Positions 44,949 through 56,340 of a DNA stretch of 64,000 nt are shown in pieces (within the stretch, counting starts at the first letter, position 1; every line of letters starts with the position of its first letter). A program made the position numbers and the translations under genes. The notes beneath the pieces are model-generated. The model was not told the origin of the DNA, ran no database searches, and saw nothing but the letters and a program-made list of their open reading frames with translations. This DNA comes from an uncultured Nitrososphaerales archaeon (GTDB lineage Archaea; Thermoproteota; Nitrososphaeria; Nitrososphaerales; Nitrososphaeraceae). The stretch lies in contig CAVOHZ010000008.1 in assembly GCA_963695855.1 (NCBI GenBank), positions 128,001 through 192,000 on the forward strand. Reading direction: 5' to 3'.

Positions 44949-45120
44949 ATTGAACTCTGGGTTCTAATCCTATTTCTAGGAGAATTCATGAAACAGCAAT
45001 GTTACAAACTAGGAATTAATCTTTACTTTTTTTAATTATTTATTTATGAATCCATTAAGACAAAGAATTTTGAAATCCAATAATTATATTCAAAATAATT
45101 TTGTAACAACAAAGGATTCT

Positions 45121-45155
45121 GTAGGATTTGAACCCTTCTATAAAGTGAGACCAGT
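45121..45155 (-). repeat. Recombination-site family, A-type right site (A6)
   Basis: Reverse complement ACTGGTCTCACTTTATAGAAGGGTTCAAATCCTAC; inner flank GGATTCT shared with A1. Confidence 0.92.
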
Positions 45156-45544
45156 ACTTTTCATATTAACCTGATAGCTGCATCAACGAATGATCAGTCA
45201 TGGTCAATGGATAGAAACTCAACTAATAACGATATAAGAATACATTTCAAAAGATTGCATTTCAAAAAATTATTTCATTGAATTGAAAGAAGGAGAGAAC
45301 TTATCTTAGATTAACATATACGAAAATCGTCTATGATTTGTATTGATATGCAAATTCTGTTTTGTTTTTGAAGTAGTTATACTGCTTATTATTTATTGGT
45401 ATCAATATATTATTTGTAAAAATAATTTTATATTTTTTATCTGTTTCAATATTCTTAACCCAAGAAATTTTTATATCACCAAAATGATTTTGTCGCTAAA
45501 TTAAGGTACATTTTAAAAAAGAGTATTAAAATTGGTGTTTTCTA

Positions 45545-46131
45545 CTAACCACCTTGTTTACAATCATAGTTCGCTCTAAAGTGTGATTTTCCGCTATCTG
45601 TAACATAAATATAGCCTTTAGAGTCCATCGCGATGTCATGAGGAATTAGAAATTGGTCATCTTTACATCCAAGTGATCCCCACATAGTTAGGAAGTTACC
45701 ATTGCTGTCAAATTTTTGAACTCTAACATTTCGGGTATCCACTACATAGACATTGCCTTCTGAATCAACAACAATACCATGATTTTCGATAAATTGACTT
45801 TTACCTTTTCCTTCACTACCCCACATTTTTATAAATTTACCGTTGCTATCAAATACTGACACTCTGGAATTTTCTCTACCATCAGTAACATAAACATTAT
45901 CTTTAGAGTCTACTGTTATATCGTGTAGATGTACAAATTGACCTTTCTTTTTACCCTCTTTTCCCCACATGTCTATAAATTTACCATTGCTGTCAAATTT
46001 TTGTATTCTGGGAAGTGTTTGATCAGAAACATACACATTACCGCCTGAATCTACGGCTACACCCCAAGGCTTTTTAAATTGACCTTTCTTTTCACCTTCT
46101 TGTCCCCACATGTCTAAGTCAAGTGGCTTGG
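45545..46131 (-). pseudogene. NHL-repeat protein, 5'-truncated by IS630
   Basis: Four NHL repeats (P.GVAVDS.GNVYV.D); the apparent ATG lies in the IS end. Confidence 0.8.
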
Positions 46132-47279
46132 TTAATGTCATATCCTTTTAACTAACAGGTCTAAATTATTGAATAGGTAAAGCTTAAGGTATCCTGAATA
46201 TCATAATTCTATGTACCATGGTTCTACTACCAAACTCAACCTCACCACAGGACAGAAGAACAGTCTAAAGTCGTTGATGAAATATAGTACCGACAAGAAG
46301 CATTATCGCAGATTAATGGCAATACTTCAGAAGAGCAACGGTAGAACTTTTGCAGATATAGCAAGAAGGAACATGGTGTCAGTATCAGGTCAGTTCAAAG
46401 ATGGATATCGGCATATCTCCAGATAGGAACAAAAGGATTGGAGATAAGGAAACCAGGTGGTACAAAATTCCGTATAACAGATGAGGATAGAGAGACTATA
46501 CTTTCTGTACTTTTTAACGATCCCAATATTTTTGGTTACATCAGAAACACCTGGAGTCTGAGGTCACTGGCAAAGTGTCTTACAGAAGAACTTGACATTC
46601 CAATCAGTTTCAAACACCTTCAAAGGATACTGAAGGACATGGGTATCAGATGTAAGAGACCCAAGCTTGAACTTGAACATGGAGCTGATTATGAAGAGGG
46701 AAAGAAACAGATAAAGAACTACAAACAAGTAGCATCAGCTCTCAAAAAAAGAAAGTGATGTTGGTCTTTGAAGATGAAACTATAGTAACACAGAAGCCAT
46801 GTATAAGAAAGTCAATGAGTTTTGAAGGTGAACAACAAAAAATTAGGCATAACGGTAGTAGAAAGAAATTCTCAATGTACATATCCATGCTATGGCCTGA
46901 ACAGAATCTGTTGTATGATTTCTATGACAGATCAAATTCCACCAATGCTATAAACCATTTAGAGAATCTCAAGATACATGTAATGAAAAATAATGGTTGG
47001 AAAAGAATTGTACTGGTATGGGATAACGCTTCATTTCACCTAAGCAAGATGACAAAAAAATATATCAATGGACAGAAAAAAGACTGGCTCAGTATAATAC
47101 ACCTTCCAAAGAGGGCGCCATACCTTAATCCAAATGAGAGAAAAGTAAACCAGAAGATAAAATCAGATGTGTGTGCAAATAGATTCTATACCAATATAGA
47201 AGAACAAAAAGATGCAATATCAGAATATCTGGATAAGAGATTTGGAAGATGGTGTAACGACATTCATGATGACACTTGA
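46132..47279 (+). mobile_element. IS630-family element (HTH ORFs + DDE ORF)
   Basis: TWSLRSLA wHTH; FEDET, WDNASFH, PYLNPNE; slippery AAAAAAAG at 46744-46751; TIR-like TTAATGTCAT / ATGACACTTGA; extra frameshift near 46370. Confidence 0.88.
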
Positions 47280-47638
47280 CTTCCTTCGGCAGTTAGATCA
47301 TCAAATGCTATGATAAATTCAACTTGTGCTCCATAATGTCTCTGTAGTATTGCAATTCTTTCATTTTTGAATTGAATTACGCCATTTTTATCCCATTGCT
47401 TTTTGTATTCGGGAGTTCTTTCGAGAAGTTGTTTTGTATGTATGCTTTGCTCATTTTTTGCCTCTTTTATTTCCTCCTTGTTGGATTTTTCCGCTTCCTC
47501 AAAGCATGGTTTACAAAGTACATCATCTTCTGACATTCCACTAGGTCTTTGAATTCTTCTTACAAGAAAATCCTTATATGGAAATTTTAAACTGAATGTC
47601 CCTAACTCCTTTTTGCAAACATAACAAGCTTTTGTCAT
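47280..47638 (-). pseudogene. Zn-finger (CxxC...CxxC) hypothetical protein, 3'-truncated by IS630
   Basis: MTKACYVCKK...LCKPCF; reading frame ends inside the IS end. Confidence 0.6.
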
Positions 47639-47801
47639 TATCAAAAATAAATCATGCCAATAATTAAGATTTTTGAGTAAAATGATCCGCTTATTCCGTA
47701 ATATATGAAAAGAACTTTTCAATAGATATTCAAAATTATTTTTCTACATGTAAAGATTCCTGTATTTATTGTTGAAAATTATATTATAATAATTAATTCT
47801 A

Positions 47802-48854
47802 TTACGTTATATTTAATATTGAGGATAGCCAATCAACTTTGGTATGTCTTTCTAACAAACTTTTTGAATTTTGAACTATTTTTGTAGTATCAGGATCTTT
47901 TTTTATCAAGTCTACCAACTCATCAGAATTATCAACAGCAAAACAATTATAACCCTCTTTAAAGTCACAATAATCTTTTTTATAATATCTATATACATTT
48001 TCAATCCATTTTCTATGTAAAATTAATGCACATCCATCATGTATTGCTTCTAAGAATGTATATTGGGTACCACCACCATCATATCTTATTACCGATAAAT
48101 CTACTACAAATTTGTATTTTGAGAGAAGTTTTGAAATTGTAAAAAATGATTTTTTAAATTTACCATGGTAACTATTCTTGAAATCTGGATTATTTTTACC
48201 AAATGTTAAATAAACATATTTTGGTGTAATACAGCCATATATGTCGATAAATTTTTTATCTAGTTTTTTATTCGCATTAATTAGAATATCAATATTTTTT
48301 CCGTAACCGATTCTTGAGATTGATACTGCACCATTTTTATCTAGATTTGATTGCTTAAATGTAGGATATGGATAAAAAGGATGATAGATGAATGTAGAGT
48401 GTAGATCATATCTTAGTTTTAGATAATCTTGCATGGTTTTTCTAATAGTTATCAAATTCCATTTTTTTAAATATGGAATCATACGATTGGATATATCTCT
48501 TGGATCATGGATGACCAAGAATTTATTTTTTTTGCTAGATGTTTTCTCTTCTAGTTCAGAAATTACTTGGAAAAAATTATCTTTAATAACAGTTATTAAA
48601 AGATCCTTCTTTTCTAGTAAATGATCTAAAGTAATATTCTTATATTTAATATCGTAACCAAAATCACGCAGTTTTTTCTCATTTTTTAGAGAGAAATGTA
48701 AAATTGGTTCATTCATTTTATCAAGTCCCATCTTATAAAATAGATGTGCAGTAAAAGTAGTAACCCCTCCATAGAAATATTTATGAAGATATAACAAATC
48801 TATGCTTTCAAGAGTATTTTCAATTACACCATCATCATAATGAATTCTTTGCAT
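47802..48854 (-). CDS. GT-B fold glycosyltransferase-like protein
   Basis: YGGVTTFTAHL, IHDP, SISRIGYGKNI, DGGGTQYTFLEAI. Confidence 0.75.
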   Translation of the reverse strand: MQRIHYDDGVIENTLESIDLLYLHKYFYGGVTTFTAHLFYKMGLDKMNEPILHFSLKNEKKLRDFGYDIKYKNITLDHLLEKKDLLITVIKDNFFQVISELEEKTSSKKNKFLVIHDPRDISNRMIPYLKKWNLITIRKTMQDYLKLRYDLHSTFIYHPFYPYPTFKQSNLDKNGAVSISRIGYGKNIDILINANKKLDKKFIDIYGCITPKYVYLTFGKNNPDFKNSYHGKFKKSFFTISKLLSKYKFVVDLSVIRYDGGGTQYTFLEAIHDGCALILHRKWIENVYRYYKKDYCDFKEGYNCFAVDNSDELVDLIKKDPDTTKIVQNSKSLLERHTKVDWLSSILNIT

Positions 48855-49047
48855 TAAGATTCACCTTGGAGAAATACAATAAAAATAATTATACTAAAAA
48901 TATTATTAAATATATCTCAAAAACAATAAGCAAAAACAATAATCTTTAATGCTCTGATGATTGAAATTAGGTGTTTTAGTGATGTACTATAACAAAAAAT
49001 ATTCATCGTTATTTTGTATTTGCTTGTTATATTTAAGACATGTATAT

Positions 49048-49114
49048 GAACCCGAATACATAACGGGCCCGTCGGGAGTAATACCGATAGCGGTGCAAAA
49101 ATAAGAGTCTAATG
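49048..49114. repeat. GC-rich ~67-bp dispersed repeat, copy 1
   Basis: GAACCCGA...GGCCCGTCGGGAGTAATACCGATAGCGGTGCAAAAATAAGAGTCTAATG; direct copy at 58959-59025. Confidence 0.85.
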
Positions 49115-49272
49115 CTATAGTAAAAAGAGAGAATATTTAAGATTTCCTTTCTAACTTATGAAATATATTATTTACCTATAAAGAAAACTTTGTTTTATCG
49201 TAACGTTAACAAACTGAAAAAAAGGAGTTAAGACCTCACCTCAATTATGATACGAATTTAAAAAATTTAATT

Positions 49273-49707
49273 TCATGTCAATTCTTCTTCCTTTTCCCTT
49301 TCAGCTTTTTCCCTTTCCTTCTGGGCCTTTTGTATCTCCTTTTCAGCTTCCCTTCTAGCTTTTTCCCTTTCCTTCTGGGCCTTTTGTATCTCCTTTTCAG
49401 CTTTTTCCATCTCCTTTTCCTCTTTTTCCCTTTGCTTTATCTGTCTCTTTTCCATCTCCTCCTTCAACTTCTGTTCTCTAAAATACTCCTCCGCCTGCAT
49501 CTTTAACATCTTCTTTTCTTTTGTTGGTCTTGATCTATGTGCCAGATACATAATGACAAATCCAAAGATTGTTACTAACAAACCAATTATAGGAATACCG
49601 CCCAAAAAAAGCAAGGGCTGAGCTAATGCCGCAATAATTAATCCAAGTCCTGTTAATAGGATTATGAAACCAAAAAGATATCCAAATACTTGTGATGCTC
49701 TACCCAT
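49273..49707 (-). CDS. Two-TM membrane protein with charged coiled-coil repeats
   Basis: AEKEIQKAQKEREKA repeated. Confidence 0.7.
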   Translation of the reverse strand: MGRASQVFGYLFGFIILLTGLGLIIAALAQPLLFLGGIPIIGLLVTIFGFVIMYLAHRSRPTKEKKMLKMQAEEYFREQKLKEEMEKRQIKQREKEEKEMEKAEKEIQKAQKEREKARREAEKEIQKAQKEREKAEREKEEELT

Positions 49708-49856
49708 TTATTTACTCAATTGCCTTGATTTTATATTTATTGATAGCCGTACATATTAGCGATCTTTCCTTTCCAAGATTCATAGCAGTATGTACAGCAT
49801 ATTTTTCTAAATACGGTGTACATTCTGACAGAAATGAATTCAAGCTCTAACATCCC

Positions 49857-50309
49857 TCAATTGAATATGCTTGATAATAAGTTAATTACTCCATTGCCTG
49901 ACGAACTTCCACTACCACCACATCCTACTTGGGATCTCAACATAAGAAGTTCTGGATGACCCATAATAATCGCTAATGTGCCTCCACCTAGACACAACAA
50001 AACACGTTCCCCTTCACTTGTTAACTCATTATTATCATCAACTAACTCATTACAAGGTTCGGATACTAAGAAATCTGGTGCCATTTCACAAAGTTTCATC
50101 CAATTTATGCCGTTATTTGAGTTGTAGTCATCATTGTAATCGCCATATGCTAAAGGAATAGTAAATAGACCTATACCTTTCATGTGTTGTTCTGTTGCTG
50201 CGTCCAATTCAGTAGAGATTGTAGATAGAACAACAACAATCATTAACATCGCCATGGCAAAAATTGTTGTTGTTGATATAAATTTAGATTTCTCTGTATT
50301 AATTCTCAT
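49857..50309 (-). CDS. Secreted Cys-containing hypothetical protein
   Basis: Signal peptide; INW..LC...EPC..LV..NELTSEGERVLLCLGGG. Confidence 0.7.
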   Translation of the reverse strand: MRINTEKSKFISTTTIFAMAMLMIVVVLSTISTELDAATEQHMKGIGLFTIPLAYGDYNDDYNSNNGINWMKLCEMAPDFLVSEPCNELVDDNNELTSEGERVLLCLGGGTLAIIMGHPELLMLRSQVGCGGSGSSSGNGVINLLSSIFN

Positions 50310-50400
50310 ATACAGATTTAAGCTGAGCTTTTGTAGTTATATATTAATCTTAACAAGATTTTACAAATTCTTTAAAATTTGTTAAAAATATTATATAATT

Positions 50401-51581
50401 GAGAGTGGGTCATAATTCAATTAACAAATTTTATGATGCTAACAATAGTAGGATGTTTTCAGTCATTATGTTCCTAGCATGTATTTGATTGCTCTTGGAT
50501 TATCTTTTCTAGTTTTACAGTTATAATACACAAGTATCTGATAGAGCAGTACTGATAGTAGTACTACTGAAGAAGCCTTGGCATATCCTCTCACAGGTAA
50601 TGGATCTATTCTAAAGACAGATTTGATATGTTCTATCAATGGTTCAATTGATATACTTCTGAGAGAATAGATAGTCTGTCCAACTTCAGATTCATAAAAT
50701 TCTATCAGTTTTATTCTGTCAGAGGGTGTATTTCTATATCTCTTTACTGGACACACTAGTTGAAATCCCATATCTGTACTAAGATCGTACAGTTCATGAT
50801 CATCGTATCCAGGATCTGCAGACATGTATAATGTTCTTTTAATCATTGTAAACGGAAGACTTGCTGTCAATATACTGTACATCTGATTGTCTGGTATGTT
50901 GGCAGTTGTAAAGTCTGCTGCCAAAGGTACAATAATAGAACCACCGGTACTTGATATCAAATGTAATTTGTATCCAAATATCCAGCCCTTTGTATGGCTA
51001 ATTCCCCACATTGCATCTGTATCGATACCGGAACGAGGTACTACTTTCTTCTTTATAGAGGATTTGTGCCATACATGACCTTTAGCCTTTACAAGAGTAC
51101 TGTCTGCTGAAAGAATAGATGGATCGATTATTTTATCATGCACAAAAAGTTTACCCATTGTAGTAATTCTGTTTTTGATATCATTAGATATCGCAGCAAG
51201 ACGTCTATCAAATGTTCGTCTGCTAGGTATTCTGGATAGTCCACATTCCCTCATTACCTTTTTGTTATATGATAGGTCCATTGCAAGGTATTCGTGTAAT
51301 GCTCTGTTAGAATCCAATCTAAACCATATACGTACTATAAAGCATCTCAAAATAACAGTAGGTGAATAGACATATGGTCTACCACGTCCTCCTCCTCCTC
51401 CTCCTCTACTGTTATGTGGCCAATGAATCAAACCAATCAAATACAAAATACTAATTAGAATAGATGTTGATCTTTTTTGCTGTGCTAGTTTGTTGGTTTG
51501 GATGATTGTTACACCAAAACATCATATACCAATAAACTAGCTTTATTTGTTATGAAAATAAAATAATTATGACCCAGCCTC
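50401..51581 (-). mobile_element. Complete IS (DDE_Tnp_1-type; IS4/IS5/IS982-like) with transposase 50466-51446
   Basis: ADSTL, FGYKLHL, ADPGYD, R..IE motifs; 17-bp TIRs GAGAGTGGGTCATAATT / AATTATGACCCAGCCTC; 8-bp TSD ATATAATT; empty allele near 61958-61965. Confidence 0.92.
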
Positions 51582-52089
51582 ATATAATTACAAATGCATT
51601 TTTAATATTATTATTACAGATAATTGTTAATTTTGTTTTAATTAATAGGTATTTTAAAATGTACACCATAAATGGGTGGTTTTAGAATTATTTTAATATC
51701 GTAGCAACTAGAAAGTATCTAAGGTATAGTAAAGGTGTTTTCAGTGGTTGTTATGACATTGTTGATGAATTTCTTATTGCATTTTAAAGTATGTCTATCT
51801 ACAATAACTTCAATTTCTAAAACTTCTGTTAAATTAAATTTAATACCTATAGAGGGAATTCCAATGATTATTAGGCTAATTCAGCCTATTATTCAAACCA
51901 TATTATTTAGGACATTTATTTATGTTATCGCTCCATATATTGTTGAAGAAAAAAGATAATCAAAGTATAATCTTATACAATCAATGAAAAAGATTCAATA
52001 GAATTATTTCATATTTAACCATCTTTTCCTTTACACAAGTAATTTCTTATTATAAAAAGTTAATTACTTGTTGATGGATAATTTATAAT

Positions 52090-52365
52090 ATGGTAAACAA
52101 ATTTATGTTTATTTATGGCCGCACATCTTATCTAATTCTTTTCACAATGTCTATTCTTCTTGCTGGTACTTCTCTAGGTATAGGTTTTGCAGACGATGAT
52201 GACGACAATGATCTTTCATCTTATGACGTAGCAGTATTGTGTGATGCAACAGAGGATTATGAGGCTCACAAGAAACAGTGTGACAAGTTATACGATGAAC
52301 TAAGAGATGAAGGAAAGAAAGTAGATTATGATGCAAAAGATCACGATGACGATGACGATGACTAA
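52090..52365 (+). CDS. Small secreted acidic protein
   Basis: Signal peptide, poly-Asp tracts, two Cys. Confidence 0.65.
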   Translation: MVNKFMFIYGRTSYLILFTMSILLAGTSLGIGFADDDDDNDLSSYDVAVLCDATEDYEAHKKQCDKLYDELRDEGKKVDYDAKDHDDDDDD

Positions 52366-52909
52366 AAAAACTCATCCCCTATTTTATTATGATATCCTAA
52401 ATGAATCTCTTTTTTAATAAATTAATATAATTTTTTTCTAAATTTGTTAGTCTTAATCAAGAGTTAATATTTTCGGATATCAAACTTTCGCTATTTCTCT
52501 GTAGGCAGTCAATTTTTTTCTGATAGTCAGGTACAATTTGTTTCAAAAAACTCCAAAAATGATGAGAATGTCCCTGAATTTACTATGTAGTAGAACACTA
52601 CTACGTGCAAGACTCTACTCCCAGATAAGCCTACTACTTTTATAAAGTAATGAAATTTTTTATAACTATACTCTCATTCTATATGTAGACATGTTATATC
52701 ATTGGAACTATAAACTTGAAGATGATGAATTAACTTACAGTATAAATACAAATGACAAACTGTTTAACGCACTTGTAGATTTATCGATGCAGGAATGGGA
52801 AGATGCTTTGGGCGGCGTGATATCATTTAAGAAGGTGGATAATCAACCGTTCAATTTATAAATTATTAAATTAAATTATAATTATTTCATTAATCAAACC
52901 CATTTACTC

Positions 52910-53236
52910 TTAGTATTTAGTCATGTCTTCGATCAATTTTATATCTTTTTCATCTACACCTTCAAGGCATTTAAAATCTGAAACTTCTAAGTCTAATTCT
53001 TTTTGTAGGTTTTGTATTCTATTAGCGTATTTGATTTCATTATCAAATTCACCTTTATTATGAGCAATAGAATAACCTACCCAGCATTTATGTAGAGCGC
53101 CCCATGTTTGACTGTCATAATATAATGATTCTAAAATTTTATGATATCTGCTCCCTTCCCTATAATATCTACCAGGATTAAATCCATGTTTATAAAGAAA
53201 TGCAGGATAATATCTTCTATATTTATGTGAACGCAT
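52910..53236 (-). CDS. Hypothetical protein
   Basis: 108 aa; WGALHKCWVGY...YANRIQNLQKELDL. Confidence 0.6.
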   Translation of the reverse strand: MRSHKYRRYYPAFLYKHGFNPGRYYREGSRYHKILESLYYDSQTWGALHKCWVGYSIAHNKGEFDNEIKYANRIQNLQKELDLEVSDFKCLEGVDEKDIKLIEDMTKY

Positions 53237-53893
53237 ACTAATAATATTTTATCTTCTAAACTATTTATAATTTAAAATCAAGGAGCTTGGATGAAAAAAA
53301 TATTTAATTCTAAATCTATTATATTTCTTTCAATATTTACAACATTTTAGAAATTTGAAGACAGAAGTGGTAATATACTTCCTCATGACATTTCAAGATT
53401 TATAAATGTTCCCTACCTAATTTAATAGCTTCATTAAAGAGAACTTATTTTCCTTTTAATACTTCCTAATAGTCATGTAATTAATCAGATTATTATAATA
53501 TTTATCTTCATATATGGTTATTAATATACAATATTTGAAAAATGAATTTAGTATAATGCTATACCAAAACCAAATTGAAACTAAGAGATGAGAGTTAATT
53601 TTGAGGCTTATTCTTTTTCTTCACAAAAGTAAGGATATTCATCTCTAAAATTATTCCTGCTTTCACATTCACCTTCACAACTTATTTGGTTGAAGATTTA
53701 TCATTATCTAAATTTACTTTCACCATCTTTAACAAGTTTACAACCTTTATTATCAGATAATCCCTAATGACCATCTTATTATTTCTATATTTATCAATAT
53801 CATCAAAGTATTTGTCTGCTTTATCTTCATTATCATCAGCAAAATCATACACATGAGTCTCCCAGCTTGCACGGTTATTTGCACATGATTCAT

Positions 53894-54115
53894 TTATTTT
53901 TCATGTTTTTCTATTTCATAACTGTCTTCCGCATACGCTACGTCATCTTTATATTCATCTCTCAGATTTTCATTTTCAAGTTTACAGTTACAGTCCTCCC
54001 ATTCTCCATGATAATAAGAACAAATCTCTTCCTTGTTGTCTTCAATGTCGGGATAAATATATGCAGGGATTATTAATGACATTATTGCAACAAATAGGGA
54101 TGATCCACCTATCAT
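53894..54115 (-). CDS. Small acidic Cys-containing secreted peptide, possibly a fragment
   Basis: Hydrophobic N-terminus; C..GEW..C.C. Confidence 0.4.
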   Translation of the reverse strand: MIGGSSLFVAIMSLIIPAYIYPDIEDNKEEICSYYHGEWEDCNCKLENENLRDEYKDDVAYAEDSYEIEKHEK

Positions 54116-54186
54116 TCATGATAGCTGATGTTTTTCCATAAACTATAACATATTATATTTTTTTATAAAGTAATTTTTACAACATT

Positions 54187-54384
54187 TTAGAAATTTGATA
54201 TCCCTACAAATGGTTGAAACATTATAATGTAGATCTCGGGCAGGGCAATCTCTGTTTCTGTTTTGGATTGTGCCCATAACTTAGTAACTTGACGTCTTCG
54301 TTCTTCAATAACGAATTTTGATTTGCTATTGTTGTTAGTATCATAATCATAATTAAAACTTGAATTTTGCAGATCTATGGTCAA
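54187..54384 (-). pseudogene. HTH protein fragment (mobile-element type)
   Basis: IEERRRQVTKLWAQSKTETEIA, then frame loss. Confidence 0.45.
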
Positions 54385-54896
54385 ATTTTGCTTTTATATA
54401 TGATGTTTAAACTTTTATATTTTTTCTAAAGTTAAGTATATAGAACGAAATCAATCAAGTAATATTATGAGATGCAAATGCAAGAAGATTGTAAATAATA
54501 TAATAGTTATCAACTATTATAATTATCGGGTTACTAATTAGTTTATTAGACCTAATATTTTTTATCATTTATAGATTCTGTGAAATTGTTACACAATATT
54601 TATTATATCATTTAATAAGAGAATAATCCTTTTATAATTATCTTATAATTATCTTATAAAATATAATTCTGTGGGTTATTTGTCGAATAGATATTTTTAC
54701 CTACTTTTAATGATATTACTATACGATAGTAATTTATTTTTGATATATAAAAATAAAATAGATGAATTCCCTAGTTAATAGAACGTAATAATTTACAAGT
54801 AAATAACTATATTATTAAATTAATAATTAGATTCTTCTATTAAATTAGCTAGTGATCATTAGCACCCCAAATAAAGAATATATGAATCTATAAACT

Positions 54897-55931
54897 ATGA
54901 ACAAATTATTATTGTTCTCAACGGCTCTTATGATGAGTCTAGTATTTGGATCCGGTTTTGGTATTGCTGGACAATCTATCTTTGCTCAAAACTATGGATA
55001 CGATGATGACTACTCAGACGGAATGAGTCAACCAGATTATAGATCTGACTATAGTTATAGCAAATACCCAAAAAATGATAAAAAATATGAAAGTCAAAAA
55101 GGTAAATTTGAAGGGTTCTATGTAGCTTCTCCAGAATTCTGTATGGAAGATGACAGAAAGGACAAACAAGATTACAATGATTACAATGATTATAAAGCAA
55201 AAATATTTCCTAAATCTGGAATCCTAACAGTAAAATGGTGGCAATGGATCTTGGATATACCTAGTGAAATTAGTCCGTAGCTTGACGAAACTGGAGAAAA
55301 CTGTAATGTAGATCAACGAGGACCTGTTTGGTTCTTAGTAGGAACACCTGGTAATACTGATCAACCTCCTCCGATTACTGGTTCTACAGAACGAGATTGT
55401 ACCATATCAGAAGGAAAAAAGATATTGTTTCCAGCATTTAATACATTCTGTTCAGAATTAAACGATGCAGACGCAATAAAAGATGCATTAGGTATTCCAC
55501 GAGATCAACCTATTCCTCCATCACAATTAGAAGAAGGGTTAGGCCTATGTGCTAAAAATATTGTTGATTTAGCTACCATACATGTGGCTTCTATAGATGG
55601 TAAAGCAATAACTAATTGGGAAGATTTAAGGGTATTGAGTCCGATATTTACAATTACTTTTATAGAAGATAACGCTTTTGGTGTAACAGATTTTATTGGT
55701 ATCCCACAAAAGGCTGTTTCTGATGGATACTGGGTCTTAGTTAAGGGACTTAAGCCAGGAGAACATACCATAGTATTTAAAGGAGGGATTCGAGACTTCT
55801 TTGAAACACAAACAACATACCATATAACAATAGAACCATCGAACAACAACGATCATAATTATTATGACAACAACTATGGAAGTTATAATAATAATGGTTA
55901 TAATAATAACTATAACTATTATTATTATTAA
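54897..55931 (+). pseudogene. Secreted WWQW-motif protein interrupted by one in-frame TAG (55278-55280)
   Basis: KWWQWILDIPSEISP*LDETGENCNVDQRGPVWFL continues in frame into the 55425 ORF (SDGYWVLVKGLKPGEHTI). Confidence 0.8.
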
Positions 55932-56051
55932 TCCATTTCCATATTTTTTACTAACGCTATATTTAGATCCTTCTTTTGAAATAGTTATCATCAAAATATC
56001 TTATTTAGGACTTTTTAGTAACATGAGTATTAATAGTTGGTAATTATTATT

Positions 56052-56340
56052 GACTGTGTTGATTTAACCAAATAGTTTTAGCGATGAATGTCCTATCCTT
56101 AATCTAACATGCAAATTAGATTTGAAAGAAGTAGAACATCCAAAGTTATAGTAATATATTCTCTTTATCTATATTTTCTTGGTTTGAGTTTAAGAAATAC
56201 TTCCAAGGCATTAGTGATATTGAGATAAAAAAAATCATGGCACTGTATGGAACTGGATTCAAAGATTTGGTTCCTGCTGTCAGATCTATAAAAGAAAAAG
56301 GGTGCCTTGCCTTCATAATAGATAAAACTGTTATTCATTA
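56052..56340 (+). mobile_element. IS6-family fragment
   Basis: GACTGTGTTGA end; MQIRFERSRT...[26 protein letters not shown]. Confidence 0.75.

Noticed and set aside
53336-54199. 23-bp direct repeat TTTACAACATTTTAGAAATTTGA as att sites
   Set aside because: AT-rich and more simply explained as two remnants of the same HTH gene.
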